A stretch of DNA of 62,770 nucleotides, counting the filler, from Collodictyon triciliatum (taxonomy: Eukaryota), in assembly GCA_043381765.1 (NCBI GenBank). It is 17 parts of 17 records of this genome, joined end to end, with 100 filler letters (N's around TTAATTAATTAA, not from the genome) between each part and the next. Parts side by side here need not be neighbours in the genome. Positions count along the whole stretch, not along the records: positions 23,936 to 27,370 come from JBHJMP010007336.1; positions 27,471 to 30,904 come from JBHJMP010007337.1; positions 31,005 to 34,438 come from JBHJMP010007338.1; positions 34,539 to 37,971 come from JBHJMP010007340.1; positions 38,072 to 41,503 come from JBHJMP010007341.1; 12 more parts are not named here. One strand, given 5' to 3'. Under the pieces are notes generated by a model that was not told where the DNA came from, made no database searches, and saw only the letters and a program-made list of their open reading frames with translations. The position numbers and the translations under genes were made by a program. Shown piece after piece: positions 23,961-38,249 of the stretch (position 1 is the stretch's first letter; every line of letters starts with the position of its first letter).

Positions 23961-24627
23961 CATGGGCTCCCTGGGTTATCACTGTAGAAAGGCGGGAGTG
24001 TCTGCACGCAAAACACTATTATTGATGCAAGAACGAATCCCATCATAAACAAGCTCCATAAGGAAGCCTATAATCCAATTTAATCATATTAAGATAGACA
24101 TATGATGGCAGTAATAAAATGTGATATATCCCCTAAATTATTTTGATAACCAATTTAAAAAAGTATAAAATCTCGAACATACTATTCTTTATTTAGAGGA
24201 TGAATAATTGGACAGTGATGAATAACTTTTGAAGAGAAATAGTTATATGTAAAAAAAAATGTTAGCTAACAAGGGTAGAGGAAGACGGCTCCGTCATAAA
24301 CACGTATATTTTTCCTCGCAACCCAGGTGCAAGATTTTGAGCTTTAGCTACATCCTCCACGACAGATTCCTGGGATTTACTTTGGCTGTTTTCCTCGACT
24401 TCAATTTCCTCATCGCTCGACTCAGATTCAACAAAATTCTCCCCGGTGCCGGGTACTGACGATTTGAATCGTAAAATGAACAAGAATGCAATGCCCATTA
24501 GTCTCGCAATATGAGGGGTGATAAATGGAAGATTGTAAATCACATGCCCATGTATCATCCTCATCGTGTGTAAAAAACCAAGCCTACCATGTTCCTCTTG
24601 GTTCTCAATAATTTCTTGCTGCGACAT
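23961..24627 (-). CDS. Voltage-gated potassium channel (Kv-like), N-terminal part
   Basis: LRGKIYVFMTEPSSSTL|ASLWSLFMMGFVLASIIVFCVQTLP matches the Kv pre-S1/S1 consensus (R.KIW.L.E.P.SS..A....F ILISIV.FCLETLP). The pore region lies beyond the contig end. Confidence 0.75.
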
Positions 24628-25650
24628 TTCAATACCACCTAGTAGAGAGAGAAAAAAATGGAGTAGCTTTATTATTGCCCAAGGAAGAAAAAAAAGCGCA
24701 TTATCCCGCGTCCCCTCTCTCATTCTCGCCCTCCCTCCCTCCCTCAGCTTTAGTCCAGCTTTCATTGAGACACATGCTGACAATCACTTTATCCTCGATT
24801 GATGCGACAAATTTTGCACTGCAGAGCCAGCCAGCAAGGAACTGTCAACAACAGCAGACTGGAAATTCCCTTTGAAAATGGGAGAGAAAAAGAGGGGCAA
24901 GAGAGGTTGTGTCTCTCGCCCAAGAGGCACAAACACCCACACCCGCGCTTGTGCCGGTGAGCCGAGGTGGTGTCTTCCACGATCGAATACAAAAGGCTTT
25001 GGTTGTGATACCCGAGTCGATGACACCTTTGAGTCAATTCTTTTCGAGCGAACAAAAGAAACGGCAACCATGCCTTCCTCGGCACCGTCTCATTCCCCAC
25101 CACGAGCTTCTTTTTTGTTTTTCCCTTCTTTTCTGCTCCTCCCCTTGCTTCTCTCTTTTTCTCATTCCTATTTTCATTTGGCACAGGAAATCATGGCACT
25201 TGCCTCTATATGGACACACAATGAAGTTGTCTCATCTATATACCTCGACGCACTTTGACTATTCAATATGACATATATGGTCAATGGCTTCCGCATGTGC
25301 TATAAACTATTCAGTAAAAATATGCTTTTTAGGTAGATTTTCCAGATATGTTATTTTAAAAAGGAATGTGCTCGGTAGTCGGGGGTGAGCAGAGAATGGT
25401 ATCTGGCATCAAAAAAAGACAGTCTGGTGCAACCACACTGCGTGATGCTTGCTGTTTGGGGGTATAATACGCCAGACTAAGAAGGAACGACATGGATACT
25501 AGTGCTTTTCACGGCAACATAATTTTGCAACGCCAATCAAACTCATCCACATTTATTTCGCATGTTTTATTGGCTTTCATAATTATATGGGCACGCATGA
25601 AGGAAAGAGAGCCTGGTTGTGATACATCTTGAAGACAGGCGGCCCAGAAT

Positions 25651-27239
25651 TCAGTAGAGAGACTCTGCTGGGCTCATTCTTCCAGAGCTAATTCCATCAG
25701 GGAACTGTACTTCAGCAGGGAATTCATTTTTGGATGTATCGACGGGTTCATGGGGTTTGCATTCTATTGTACTTGATGTGGGGTTCGCCACAGTTTGCTG
25801 CTCCAGTTCTTTGGCAGCTACAGACGCAGCTTGCTGCAGCACTTCCAACAGAGTGATTTTTTCTTCGTTTAGACTAATGGGCTCGCTTCGTGATGAAAAT
25901 TCTTGATTCGTTTCGTTCGAAGGGATTTGGGGCTCGCTCGTCGTGTAGTTAGTTGCGCCAGAGTGCTCGTTAACTGAGCCAACCCCTTCGTGAAGGTGGA
26001 GGTGTTGTTGTTGTTGCTCTTGGAGTTGTTGGAATTCAGGGAGTCTATGGGGAGTTTCTGAATCTCTAGGAAGCGCAACGGCAAGCGAAGCATTTGAGTT
26101 GCTTTCTAGTCCTTGTGGAGGAAATGCCCTCGCCACATTCGCCTCTGTTGACTGATATACTGGGGAACTGCCTATGGTATTCTCCACCAAGGAGAGGAGT
26201 TCTAGAAAGAAAAATTAAGCAAAGTAAAAGATGAAGAAAAAAAACAGATGACATTCATCAGTTATAATAAAGTAAGCAAGACTTTGAGCCCCTTGAGTGG
26301 GTTTTACGATATGTCATGAATATCAAAAGCCATACGATTGATAGTATTTAAGATAAAAATCTAAGAACCTTCGGTAGAAAGCCTTGAAGTCAGAGCTGCA
26401 GTGATTAGTCGGGGATTCTAAAACCAAAAGTGAAAGATGAGGCCATGAGGCATCTTTACTACATATGTACATAGAAAGTAAAAAGTAGAGAAAAGAATTT
26501 CGAAGTATGTATCTGGATGACAAGGGAAAGACAATTGACCAATCGTCAATTGGAGAAGAACAAGAGAATATGCTTGACCTGAATGGGACAACTGTGGTGG
26601 TAAATATTGAAAGAGATTGTTACAAGCGTAATAGTTTTTGGCTGTGGCAAAAGGATACACATTTATTTACCTCTTTATCCTCTCGCTTGAACTTATTTTT
26701 CAATTGATTTCTGGTGCGATTAGGGAAAACGCGCGCAATCATACTAAAGTCCGTCCCGAACTCTCGAAGATGCTAATGGTAGAATTTAACGGAAGGGGAA
26801 GAATAGAAAATGAATTTTGAGCTGAAAAGAAAAGTGATATGGTTATTTGATATGACAACACAGAGGAATTTGTTCCAAAAAAAAAGTGGTGGAAGAATCT
26901 TTTTAAGAGAAAGCACCACACACTGCAAGTGGGATATGAAAATGGGAGTGTCCTGTCTTTTCAGGAGAAAGAAAAGAGAAAGAAAGTGAAAAGAAAGGAA
27001 ACGAAGAGAAACGAAGAGAAACGAAGAGAAACGAAGAGAAACGAAGAGAAACGAAGAGAAACGAAGAGAAACGAAGAGAAACGAAGAGAAACGAAGAGAA
27101 ACGAAAGAGAGAAAGTCCTAGTAGCTTACTTGATAGAACTTTGTAGTCTCTGTTTCGCTCCATCTCTCTGTTATGGGTCGATTCGAGTACGTGTGCGATG
27201 TGAGGTAAGAAGAGCCCTCTCGAACGACACTATATTCTT
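25651..27239 (-). CDS. BDP1: TFIIIB subunit BDP1 (B''), SANT domain and C-terminus
   Basis: Spliced: SYLTSHTYSNRPITERWSETETTKFYQ|HLREFGTDFSMIARVFPNRTRNQLKNKFKREDKE|NPRLITAAL, the diagnostic Bdp1 SANT motif (GTDFSMI..FP.R.R..IKNKFKREE). Low-complexity last exon; 5' part missing. Confidence 0.9.
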
Positions 27240-27603
27240 CTATTGGAGTCACCTTGTGAAAGATAGAGTAGCGATAGGATTATTTGATGGTGTTTCATGG
27301 GGCATACTTAGGGATGTATTGAGATGTTGTTGGTTTTTTGTGCTTGTGCTTGTGTTTTTTGTGTTTTTTGNNNNNNNNNNNNNNNNNNNNNNNNNNNNNN
27401 NNNNNNNNNNNNNNTTAATTAATTAANNNNNNNNNNNNNNNNNNNNNNNNNNNNNNNNNNNNNNNNNNNNTTTGTTTGTTTGTTTGTTTGTTTGTTTGTT
27501 TGTTTGTTTGTTTGTTTGTTTGTTTGTTTGTTTGTTTGTTTGTTTGTTTGTTTGTTTGTTTGTTTGTTTTCTTGAAAATTAACTAGATGTATGAAAGGGA
27601 AAC

Positions 27604-30600
27604 CCTGGGAGATATCAGTGATTGAACCTGATTTCTGGGGAGCCTCTTCGTCCGAGGATTTGTCACTGTCAGCATCAGATTTTTGCAGATGAGTTTGGCT
27701 CTGGGTTGGTGCTGCAGTCTTTGGCTTCCTAGCACGGCGCGGACCAGCTTTCTTTGTCTTGAATTTAAGAGGGAACCATTTCAGCCGCTCAAGGTGAAAG
27801 ACGTACCTATCAAAAGGAATGAAATATTCAGATGAGACGGCTATCTACTCATTCACGTTATTGTTCTTTTTTTATATATAATTTTAGATAGGAATGACTG
27901 CTTGAGTTACATTTCATTGTAGAATATGCTGGATTCATCCTTGATATCGTGAACACCGCCAAATAGAATTGCCGTATTTTTGAAGATAGCGATGGGAGCA
28001 CCACTTCTTTCACTATGGCGTGATATAGACTGTGAGTTATGATAATAAACCCATAAAGTCATCCCCATGCATATACCTTTGGGTGGCTTGTTTGTTAACT
28101 GCATAGCTGTTTCAGACTCCTAGTATTTCGAATCACAAATTGATACAAACCTTGGAGCAAACCCTGATCTCTTAATTTTTTCCCATCGAATCAATTTGAT
28201 GTCATCATTCATTTTTAGGCACCACATATCTAATAATTGGAGATAAATCACTGAATCAATTTAGGCCAATGAAAAAAGAAAAAGGTAGTCCGCTAAAATA
28301 CTATGCAAAGACAGTAGAGACTACAGCACAAGACCCTTCAACAATTTAACTGGTAAAAGCAAAGAGCATTCATCCACCAGTGTGAGTAACTCCGTGATAA
28401 TCTCCATCTTTCCCAGGCTCTTTTGAATACCCTCCGAACATGAAACAGGTGTTTTGATAAACAAATAGCTGACAGGCACTAGAAGGGGTTGGAGAATACG
28501 ATTTAGTGATAGATTGAATTCAGAAGATTTAAAAAAGGGGAAGATATGAATAAATAGATTAACATCAAGATGAATTAATAAATACCTTCGTGGAGAAGGC
28601 TTCATGCTACCTGGTGGTAGTAAGTCATCCAAGCACTATATTTGGATTATCCGAGCGATAGGAATACATTAGATAGTAACATAGATGTTTGTTTTATGAT
28701 TGTATGGTGTGTTTGTGTGTTTGTGTGTTTGTGTGTTGGTGTGTTGGTGTGTTGGTGTGTTGGTGTGTTTGTGTTTTGGTGTTTTGGTGTTTTGGTGTTT
28801 TGGTGTTTTGGTGTTTTGGTGTTTTGGTGTTTTGGTGTTTTGGTGTTTTGGTGTTTTGGTGTTTTGGTGTTTTGGTGTATTTGTTTGCCCGAACCTGCCA
28901 GGTATTTTCCTCAAGATCGTATATCCACAGGTCACTAAAGTACTTGATAGTTTTGTAGTTATCATAAAATCCTGAAAGAGTTATTTTAATTTAATTATAA
29001 AAAATGAATAAATTAAGGTCGTTGGTTCTTCATTTCACTAGGAATTGATTTTTATAAGATTATACCTCCAAAAAGAATGATTTTCTTTTTCCAGACAACC
29101 ATCCGGTGGCCAGAACGACCCTTTAATAAAAGAGGAAATAAATAAAAAAAAAATTGGAATCATATGTGTATATATATTATATTTGTGTAGCGAATTCAAT
29201 GCTAGATTAAAGAAATAGAGAAAGAAAAACTATACACTCGGCGCCTTTCTTGTCTCAATTTTTTCCCAGAAATTATTGGACAGATTCATCCTCCACATAT
29301 CCTGTGAAGAAAATACGATTTAAAAATGAATACATGTTTCCTTGTGTATAATTCTTGATTTCGCAAAGATTCATCTTTGGAATAAACCTTGTAATGGTAA
29401 AATTGGTACTGCGACGGAGAAGCAAATTCACCTATCATTTGGGACACGTTATTCGGACTCACTTTCTGATTTTTCATATTTTATTTTTATTACTAGCATT
29501 TCAATCAAAGTATCCATGAAATGAGAGATACGGTTATTGAACCTCCAAAGATGTACATAAAGTCGTTTCCAAAAATATGAACTCCAACGGCTTGATGGGA
29601 TGAGCGAGGGGGAGGGCTATGTTTCGACGTGATGATTTTCCATTCGTCCTTTTCTGCATTGTATCTGATAGAAAAGAAATGCACATCAAAAACATAGTTA
29701 AATTGAAAGGAGTGATTATTTGAGTATCATTACACCCAGGCGAACTGTTTACGTAAGTAATTCGAAGAAAGACTACATAAGTACAAATAGATTGGAAAAG
29801 AAACAAATGATTGTTAGCAAACAGTAAAGAAAAAAATTTATTTAAAAAGTAACCTTCTGACCTCCCGAAACATTTGCAAATGCTCCCCATTGTAAAATTC
29901 ACCACCCATCATCAGTATCTGTTTTTTTTTTTTTTTCATGTTGGTAAAGAGTATATAAAGGGTATATAATGAGATGATAAATACATTTTATGTATGGCCA
30001 GCGACATATTCTATGCAGTAATGGCGAGCTAATATCAGTATATCAATTACTTTTTCTATTTGCTTATAGGCGATAGATATTAGAAGAGCAAAATGAACCT
30101 CATTGGGCTTCGATGGATGCGGAATCATAGTTGCAGCCGTTCGGGGCGTGGGTGGGTCAGAAACGACTTCCTCAATTTTGGCTCTACTGAGTTCCTATGC
30201 AGAAGCAATAGTGTCTTGTATTTATATGTAGAAAAAAAGAAAAGAAGAAAAAACGGGGGAAAGGGTGGGGGACGAAAGCAACCATATAATGAAATTGAAA
30301 TGTTTTGTATTCGTCGGGAAAATTATCAGCTCTGGATATTTTTCTCTTATGATGGAGGAAAAATAGCAAGTTTGTAGTAGGAATATATTGTGAATATAAT
30401 TTAGACACTTCGCGCTCTAATTGCTCCATAATCAGCTCAATGTCATCTTCGGCCTCTTCTTGCGACATTTTCTTGGACGCCTTCTTCGTTGCTTTCTTGG
30501 CTTGTTTTTCAGCTTTCTATTCAGGCGGTATCCAGAGTGTTTATCAACCATTCATTTATTTCTCTTTTAAAAAAAAATAAAAGCTTCGGATTACACTTTT

Positions 30601-30744
30601 TGAACCTTTTATTTTTCTTAGCTTTTTTAAAGATTTTAGGCATTTTGTGTCTTTTTGTATTTACTGCTTAGAACCCCCACACAACCATGGTAGTATGCCT
30701 TTAGGTAACAGAAAAATGTGAAAGGCAAGAAAAAATATGATGAT

Positions 30745-30842
<98 letters not shown>

Positions 30843-30899
30843 CTGCTCTTTGAGCTTGGCCTTGTCTTTCTTCTTGTCTTTCTTCTTTTCTTTGCCCAT
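27604..30899 (-). CDS. KLHDC4: Kelch domain-containing protein 4 homologue (3' truncated)
   Basis: Basic N-terminus [78 protein letters not shown] and later kelch blades, over more than 12 exons. Confidence 0.92.
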
Positions 30900-31004
30900 A
30901 CTACNNNNNNNNNNNNNNNNNNNNNNNNNNNNNNNNNNNNNNNNNNNNTTAATTAATTAANNNNNNNNNNNNNNNNNNNNNNNNNNNNNNNNNNNNNNNN
31001 NNNN

Positions 31005-31079
<75 letters not shown>

Positions 31080-31269
31080 TTTTTTCACCTGTTTTATTCA
31101 GAGTGCGATATCATGGCGCGGGATTTTATGTACATTCAAAAGCTGAATGGAGTTTGCATGCTGAATGTACGAAGAATAGGAGCCAATCATAAGGGATTTT
31201 GAGCTTTGTTGATACAGTGAAATGCTGGGTAAAAGACGGCAAAGTAACACTCCTTCATGAAACCAATTT

Positions 31270-33797
31270 TTAAGGTGACTCTGGGTTATGCTCCTCTGCT
31301 CCACTTCCTTCATGGAGTCTTTTCTTCTTTCGAATCCAGAAACCCAAGCGAGCACGAATATTGCTGCGATAACTGTGGTATGCAATAACGAGATACAGCA
31401 CAACAAGCGATTGAATAAATAGGATATCTCGAAACAAATCATACCCATCAACAACCAGGTAAACTTGAAGTGTAAATGATACAACGCATATAAGCGCGCT
31501 TATATGAAAGGGAACTGAGAGTGATGTTAGAAGAGCCTCGTGGGTTCGCCAAAACACAGGGAAAAAGTCTCGAGGGTCGTTATTTCTTAGCATCTCGAGG
31601 ATAATAAAGTCGACTGCGATGCAAAAGGCACCAACGAACACAGTAAAATATAAACGCATCTTTGTGTCCATGAATTTGATCTGGTATATAAATAACAAAC
31701 CCCAAAGAGGGACAGTTATGGTGCTCCTTAGAAATAACAAATTATTGGAATCCTCCTATCATGGAAATGGATTTAAGTACTGCTATTGACATAAAAAAAA
31801 AAAAGGAGATAAATGTAATGTGGTATTGCAGTAGTATCAATTTCGAAACAATTAAAAGAATACTCTCTTACGTCGTCAGATTCGAATTGAGGCATTAAAA
31901 ACTTTAAGGAGGCAACGCATTGTATAAACGTGGAAAGCTGAATAGTAAACCAGGAGCTGACATCAATTATGGTTTTAGATATGAGTCGCTAAAATAACTT
32001 CTTTTTTTACATAAATTGGATCATTTAAAAAAATAGTAGTTGTAGTAATTATAATTATGATGATAATATTATTATCAATACTCTGCTTGGGTAGAAATTT
32101 GGAATTCTGTCTCAATTTCTCTATCAACGAACATGGAGTATCTCATGGATGATATCATCTCAGTTCGTGTTGATCTCATTGTGTCAATCAATCCAAATAT
32201 ATCTGTATTCGATGTGAGTGTGTAGAACAGGTAGATTACGTTAGACTTTGATCAATTCCGATGAATTACTTTGATCAGAGGGAGAGGAGAAGAGGTAAAA
32301 CTCGTGTGTTGGTTCTGTAAATATATTTATGATTATATTAAACTAATTGTATTCGATGATAAAAGAAATCAGTCTATTCAAAAAAAAATTGAAAGCTGCT
32401 TGTCGATAAAATGGAGAGGTTCACGAATTGAATTCGTCCACTTCTTGATTGTTTGTAGCTTGATACACAGCCAGAGAAACATGCTATGCACAAGCTCAAT
32501 ATGTTTGAAACCCAACTTGTTGTGTCCCCAAACATAAAATACAGTATGACAAAGCTATATTGTTGAGTGTGTAACGATGTGATAAATTTTAGTCTCAATC
32601 AATTAATTGTGACATCTAAAAAAAAAATTGGAGAATAAGGTATTTGGACGAAAATAATCATTCATAAACAAGAAATCTTAATATCGCGCGCAAATGAACA
32701 ATAATGCACCTCACAAGCGTAACTAAGCTGCAAGAAAGAACCAATAAGAACGACAGCTCGATAGCAGATGGAACACAGCTCAACATTGCAATCATGAATG
32801 TAAATGGACCTCTTTTGGTTCCAGTCTTGAGCAGCAAAATGTAAGCATTTGCGATGATGATGAAGAACCAACCGACGGAAACCCGATCGATTTTTTCTGG
32901 GGATGTCAATTGAATATACTCCGGCAATGCATAATCTTCGGAATTTTGTTTACTTTTTGAATGTATTTCAGTCTCATCCGTTGTATTACTTGCACCTTCA
33001 ATAGTTATATCCATTGTTGTTGTTATGTTGCTATTGGGTGCAGCCACGTTACTTGAGATATCACTAAGCACATCATGGAATTCTCTCTGTGACCTCTGCT
33101 TTTTTATCCACGCAAGTGCTATCACATTTAGGATGATATATCCGATTCCGTTTGATATTTTGACCCAATCGAAGGGAGGGATAAGGCACAATAAAAGAAG
33201 CAGACTGGAAGTGCCTGTGGAAAGTATCCCCATGTGTCTCAAACTCTCAAGTCGAAAAGGAGTGTAAAACCATATATACTGTCGCTCTGTCACATCATCA
33301 GAAAATTGCATGCCATAGCCAGTGCCAGCCAGAGGATCGGTTTCAATCTGGGACTTTGCTTCATAGAGGCCTATCCTGGTGCTTAGGAGACCCGGCTCAA
33401 CGGATTCTGCCCCAGGGAAAATAACAACCTCTTGGTTGGGGTTTCTTGTACCATTACTTTTACTTCGTCCCTTTCTTCCGGGGCCGATATTACTCCGCTC
33501 TGACAAAATTTTCTTTGGATATCCTCTACCCGAATGCTCATTAGGTATTTTTGGTGGGCTTCCCAAGGGTCTACCACCACTTTCAGCTGTCGGACCATGT
33601 GGAACTGGTAAACCTGTTTGTTCGCGATCTATGACGCTCAGTTCGGTTTCCGTGGAGGACGCCGTTTGGCTCAGGTCGCCCAATATTCTGACCCGGCGAA
33701 GAGTCTTGGCTATAGATAGGGCTTCGCTGATAGATGCGTGCGTAGATCCGAGTGTCGTGCAGCTGCCTTCGGAGTCAGGTACTTGAGGCGAGTACAT
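31270..33797 (-). CDS. Multipass membrane protein resembling two adenylyl-cyclase membrane anchors, no catalytic domain seen
   Basis: A long first exon and several smaller exons encode two hydrophobic blocks, each preceded by F-x-D-x3-E-x2-[YF] and ended by Y-x5-6-R-x2-F (SYKQSRSGRIQF; YHSYRSNIRARLGF). Internal splice phases around 32200-32700 are not fully resolved. Confidence 0.6.
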
Positions 33798-34405
33798 TTT
33801 TTTTTTCGGGAATAGCCGACAAACTGCGATATAGAGGAAAACACTCCACTTAGTTCCTAGTAGTATATATCAAAAGGAGCGCTTCTTATGGGTCTGTGCG
33901 TGAAGATTCAGGGATATGTTCTGGTGGAGGAGGCTGTGCGTGAAACTCTGATTGGGCAGACGTTTTTGTTGGAGGGGGAATCGGGTCGATCGCGCAACTG
34001 AGTTTGAGGGAGATTCCCCAAACCGATCGACCAGTCAAAAGAAAGAGCGAAGCCCACAAACGGCTATATGAACTCTGCGCTCAAATGCGGAATACGCTGG
34101 GCAAAACATCTCCCGCAGATCATTTTCCTTTTTTCCTAATCTATTTTCTTATCTCTAATTGTTGCCTTTTTTTTCTTTTTTCTTTTTTCTTTTTTCTTTT
34201 TTCTTTTTTCTTTTTTCTTTTTCCTTTTTCCTTTTTTCTTTTTTCTTTTTCCTTTTTTCTTTTTCCTTTTTTCTTTTTTCTTTTTCCTTTTTTCTTTTTC
34301 CTTTTTTCTTTTTTCTTTTTCTTTATTTCTTTTTTCTTTTTCTTTATTTCTTTTTTCTTTTTCTTTTTCTTTTTTCTTTTTCTTTTTTCTTTTTTTTTTT
34401 TTTCT

Positions 34406-34437
<32 letters not shown>

Positions 34438-34805
34438 TNNNNNNNNNNNNNNNNNNNNNNNNNNNNNNNNNNNNNNNNNNNNTTAATTAATTAANNNNNN
34501 NNNNNNNNNNNNNNNNNNNNNNNNNNNNNNNNNNNNNNAAAAACCAAAAACCAAAAACCAAAAACCAAAAACCAAAAACCAAAAACCAAAAACCAAAAAC
34601 CAAAAACCAAAAACCAAAAACCAAAAACCAAAAACCAAAATAAAAACAACAAAATAAACAACAAAATAAGAGAAGAGAAGAGACGAGACGAGAAGATGAA
34701 AGAACAAAAAGAAAACAGCTCAACATCTCTCGAAACACTAGCTCGCACCTTCAAATAAGGGAATAAAGAACCCATCAAAATTGTGCTGTAGATATTGTCT
34801 TAGTT

Positions 34806-37800
34806 TTAGAATATCTTGAGTTTTCCTGAAGGCAGTTCTCTCAAATGTCTTTCGGTCTCGATGGAATGTCGTCTACAAAATAGATGATGTGGTTTCAGAT
34901 GGATAATAAATGGGGATGCCATAATAGAGAAAGGGAAGATAAGAAAACAAGACAACGAGAAATGATTGATAAAGATAAGCATAAAAAGAAAAGAAAAGAG
35001 AAGGTTACTTTAAAAAAAGCAATAGAAAACAGGACATACCGATGACATTATTCGATACACTGTAGTGGATTTTTTCTTCGTTAGTGTTAAAAGAACAATC
35101 GATACATTTACATCTGTGCTGAAATCTTCCCTGTGCCCATTCCAAACGATTGTATCTGTAGAATCTGCATAAACATGTGTTTTTCAAAGTGTAAGAAGAA
35201 CTTTGTAAGATTTCTTCTTTAAAAAGAAAGCAAATGTTCGTGATATCTCAAAAAACACAATTTTCTGAAAAGAATAAAATGTATCGTTGAATATCATAAA
35301 GATATATATATTGAGCTATCTTAATAAAAAAAATCAACCAGAGTCACCACCGACACACGATATCACAGATGAAGTTTCGGATGATGCTTCTACTTCTCTA
35401 AAATGGCATCAAGGATGAAAGAAGAAACTCACGAGTAATTATTGTCTAGTTTTAGAAAAAAGAAAATAGAATATTTGGTGCTTACCCATATTCCTCTTTG
35501 GTAGTGAGGGGGTAACTCTTGTTCGGTGGAGACGTTTTTACCTCAACAAATAATGTGTTTGAATCTGGACTGGCATTGAGGTCACTATCGAGTGAAGGTA
35601 GCAAAATGTTGCTTTCGTGGTCTTCGTCAACTACGGTCATCTTCATTGAGGGTGAATGCGCCTTCTGAATTTGGGGTATTTTTTGATTGGAGAACTCATC
35701 GAGTTTTGGAAATCTATCAAGTTCGTCTGAGATACCCGAATCAGTTTCTAACTTCATGCGATCATCGAATCCGTTCACGAAAGGATCTTTGAGAGACACA
35801 CATAAGGCATCACCAAGCTCATCGGCCATAGATGTAGTGCCCGCGATTTTGCCCGTTGGTACATAGTCGAATTCCTCTTCAACAGAGTATCCATCAGATT
35901 CCACATGCACTTCAAGTTGGCCGGTACTGTGAACCGGTGTAGAAAGAAATGCCTCTCTAACTGAGTTTCTTCTCAGTGGATTTGGTGACAAAGATAAAGA
36001 TATTCTTCGATAGTTTCCTGTTGGCGATGACTTTTCTTGCATTTCTGCTGTCAGATACGGTCCGTGCCTATGTATTCATTCAGCTATTCATCGTTCATTT
36101 TTCACCTTATCATCATTCCACTTCTTCAATTCATAAACTGAGAAGAAAAATACAATAGTAAAATAAATATAGTAAACGCAGTTGTAAAATACTGGCTGCC
36201 CACCAGCATATATCATACAACACCCATATCTTTCATAATAAACACATAATATATCCTTACATTCGCATCACATTCTCAATATCATTCAAACGTAGGGCGC
36301 ACTTCTCCTCATCCTATAAAAATCAATCATGTCAGATGCCTCATGCAGCTTCTAACGCCTATCATGTGCCTCTCAACCGCGATGTGTGCCATACATCGGT
36401 TGCATTGACGGGCTTGACATGTCTACCGAGGCATAGAGAAAACAGTATCATGTACAAAAAGAGTGGATGCTGTTCTTACCACAGTGTCCACATTTGTAAG
36501 TGCAGAGTCTCTGTACAAAAAGATTTGAGTTGGTCACTTTGCTTCATTAGTCTTTGCGAAAAAAAAAAAACATCTATGAAAGCTTATGGCTATGCAAATA
36601 AACAAGTCCTTATCAAACTATTTTGAAAAAGTCGAGCAGAGGGACGGTCGATGTTGCAACACGCCCATTCATCATTTCGCTTCTCTGTTCTTATGTATGC
36701 ATATATCTTTCCTCTTTTATTTTATATATATATATTTGCCTTTTTCTGTTCTTTTTGTTATTATGAAATGGCGGTGCTTTTACATGCTAAATCCAAGCGA
36801 TGAGTACAGCTTGAAGCACTGTTTGGTGTACACTTGATTAGTTGACATGTCTGCTTCAGTCTTTTGCATGCATGATTGATTTGCAGGGTCTTTCTTACCG
36901 TAGACACCACGCGCTTCCATGCTAATGCGTCTCCCTTGAGTTGCTGAATGTCCATCTCCAGTTCAGATATTTTGATCCGTTTCTGCGTAAAATATAAGAA
37001 AGCTGTATTAAGCGTCTGGCACACCATGTATCTTGAGTGTCTCTGGTGTATATGTTGATGCTTGTTGATGAGTGCATATGCATCTATATATGAGCTTGTG
37101 TTCCTACTCCACAAGAAGTGACCAGCGTTGCTATGCTCACAACAGAAAGATTTCACACCATCCTTGAAAATTGGCAGCGATACCCCTGATTCTATAGATA
37201 TGGAGTCATACCAACTCCAGCTCAGTTTGAATACCCATGCTTGGATTCGGAGGCGCGTCTACCAGTCGGTCATACTTGAGAAGGGCATTCTTCGCCTGGT
37301 CGAGCTCAGTCTGCAGTCGGAGTCTGTCTGCTTGGTATTGGGCTACAATGTAGGAGGCGTGTCACTTATTTTTGAATCAACAGGCGACTGCCTAGAGAAA
37401 AGATGGGTTACATCGAGAGGCAGCCAGCTCTTTAGTCAGGCGAGAAACCCTCTCCTTCTCCTTGTCGTAATCTGCGTCGAGGCGGGACAAATCGTCCGAT
37501 AGCTGGATGGAGTTTATGTATTTATCGAATAAAGCGCTCCTTGAGATTGACGATGTGGACACATATCAGGGAAATAGAGCAGATAAAAAACAAATATGTA
37601 AAAATAAAACAAACAACAAACAACAAACAACAAACAACAAACAACAAACAACAAACAACAAACAACAAACAACAAACAACAAACAACAAACAACAAACAA
37701 CAAACAAAAAACAAGCAAAAAACAAGCAAAAAATGAAAGGAATACTAGACTTAATATGTCCTATTTGACCCTTACCATTCTGACCGTCCTGGTTTCCTCT

Positions 37801-37880
37801 TCATGTTTCTCGATGGACTCTTCCAGTAGCCTATTGGTTCTCTCAAGTTCAAAAGCAATCTCGCTCTGTGATTGAATTAT
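34806..37880 (-). CDS. Hypothetical coiled-coil protein, 3' part
   Basis: Heptad-rich exons (ELERTNRLLEESIEK; LSRLDADYDKEKERVSRLTKEL; ISELEMDIQQLK) followed by an S/E/D-rich exon at 35485-36050; GT-AG boundaries. Confidence 0.55.
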
Positions 37881-38249
37881 ACTGTGGTGAGTCTCGGAAT
37901 GAGCTTGAAATAGTGATATAGCTGTATTGAAAGGAAATTTGATTAAACAACGCTCTACGTTGTGATTGATGNNNNNNNNNNNNNNNNNNNNNNNNNNNNN
38001 NNNNNNNNNNNNNNNTTAATTAATTAANNNNNNNNNNNNNNNNNNNNNNNNNNNNNNNNNNNNNNNNNNNNAAAAAACAAAAAACAAAAAACAAAAAACA
38101 AAAAACAAAAAACAAAAAACAAAAAACAAAAAACAAAAAGCAAAAGACAAAAAACAAATAAACAAAAACAAAAACAAAAGAAAAGAAAAGAGAGCCAAAT
38201 AGACAGTTCATATAAACACAAATTACTTTTCCCAACGATACAGGAATAG

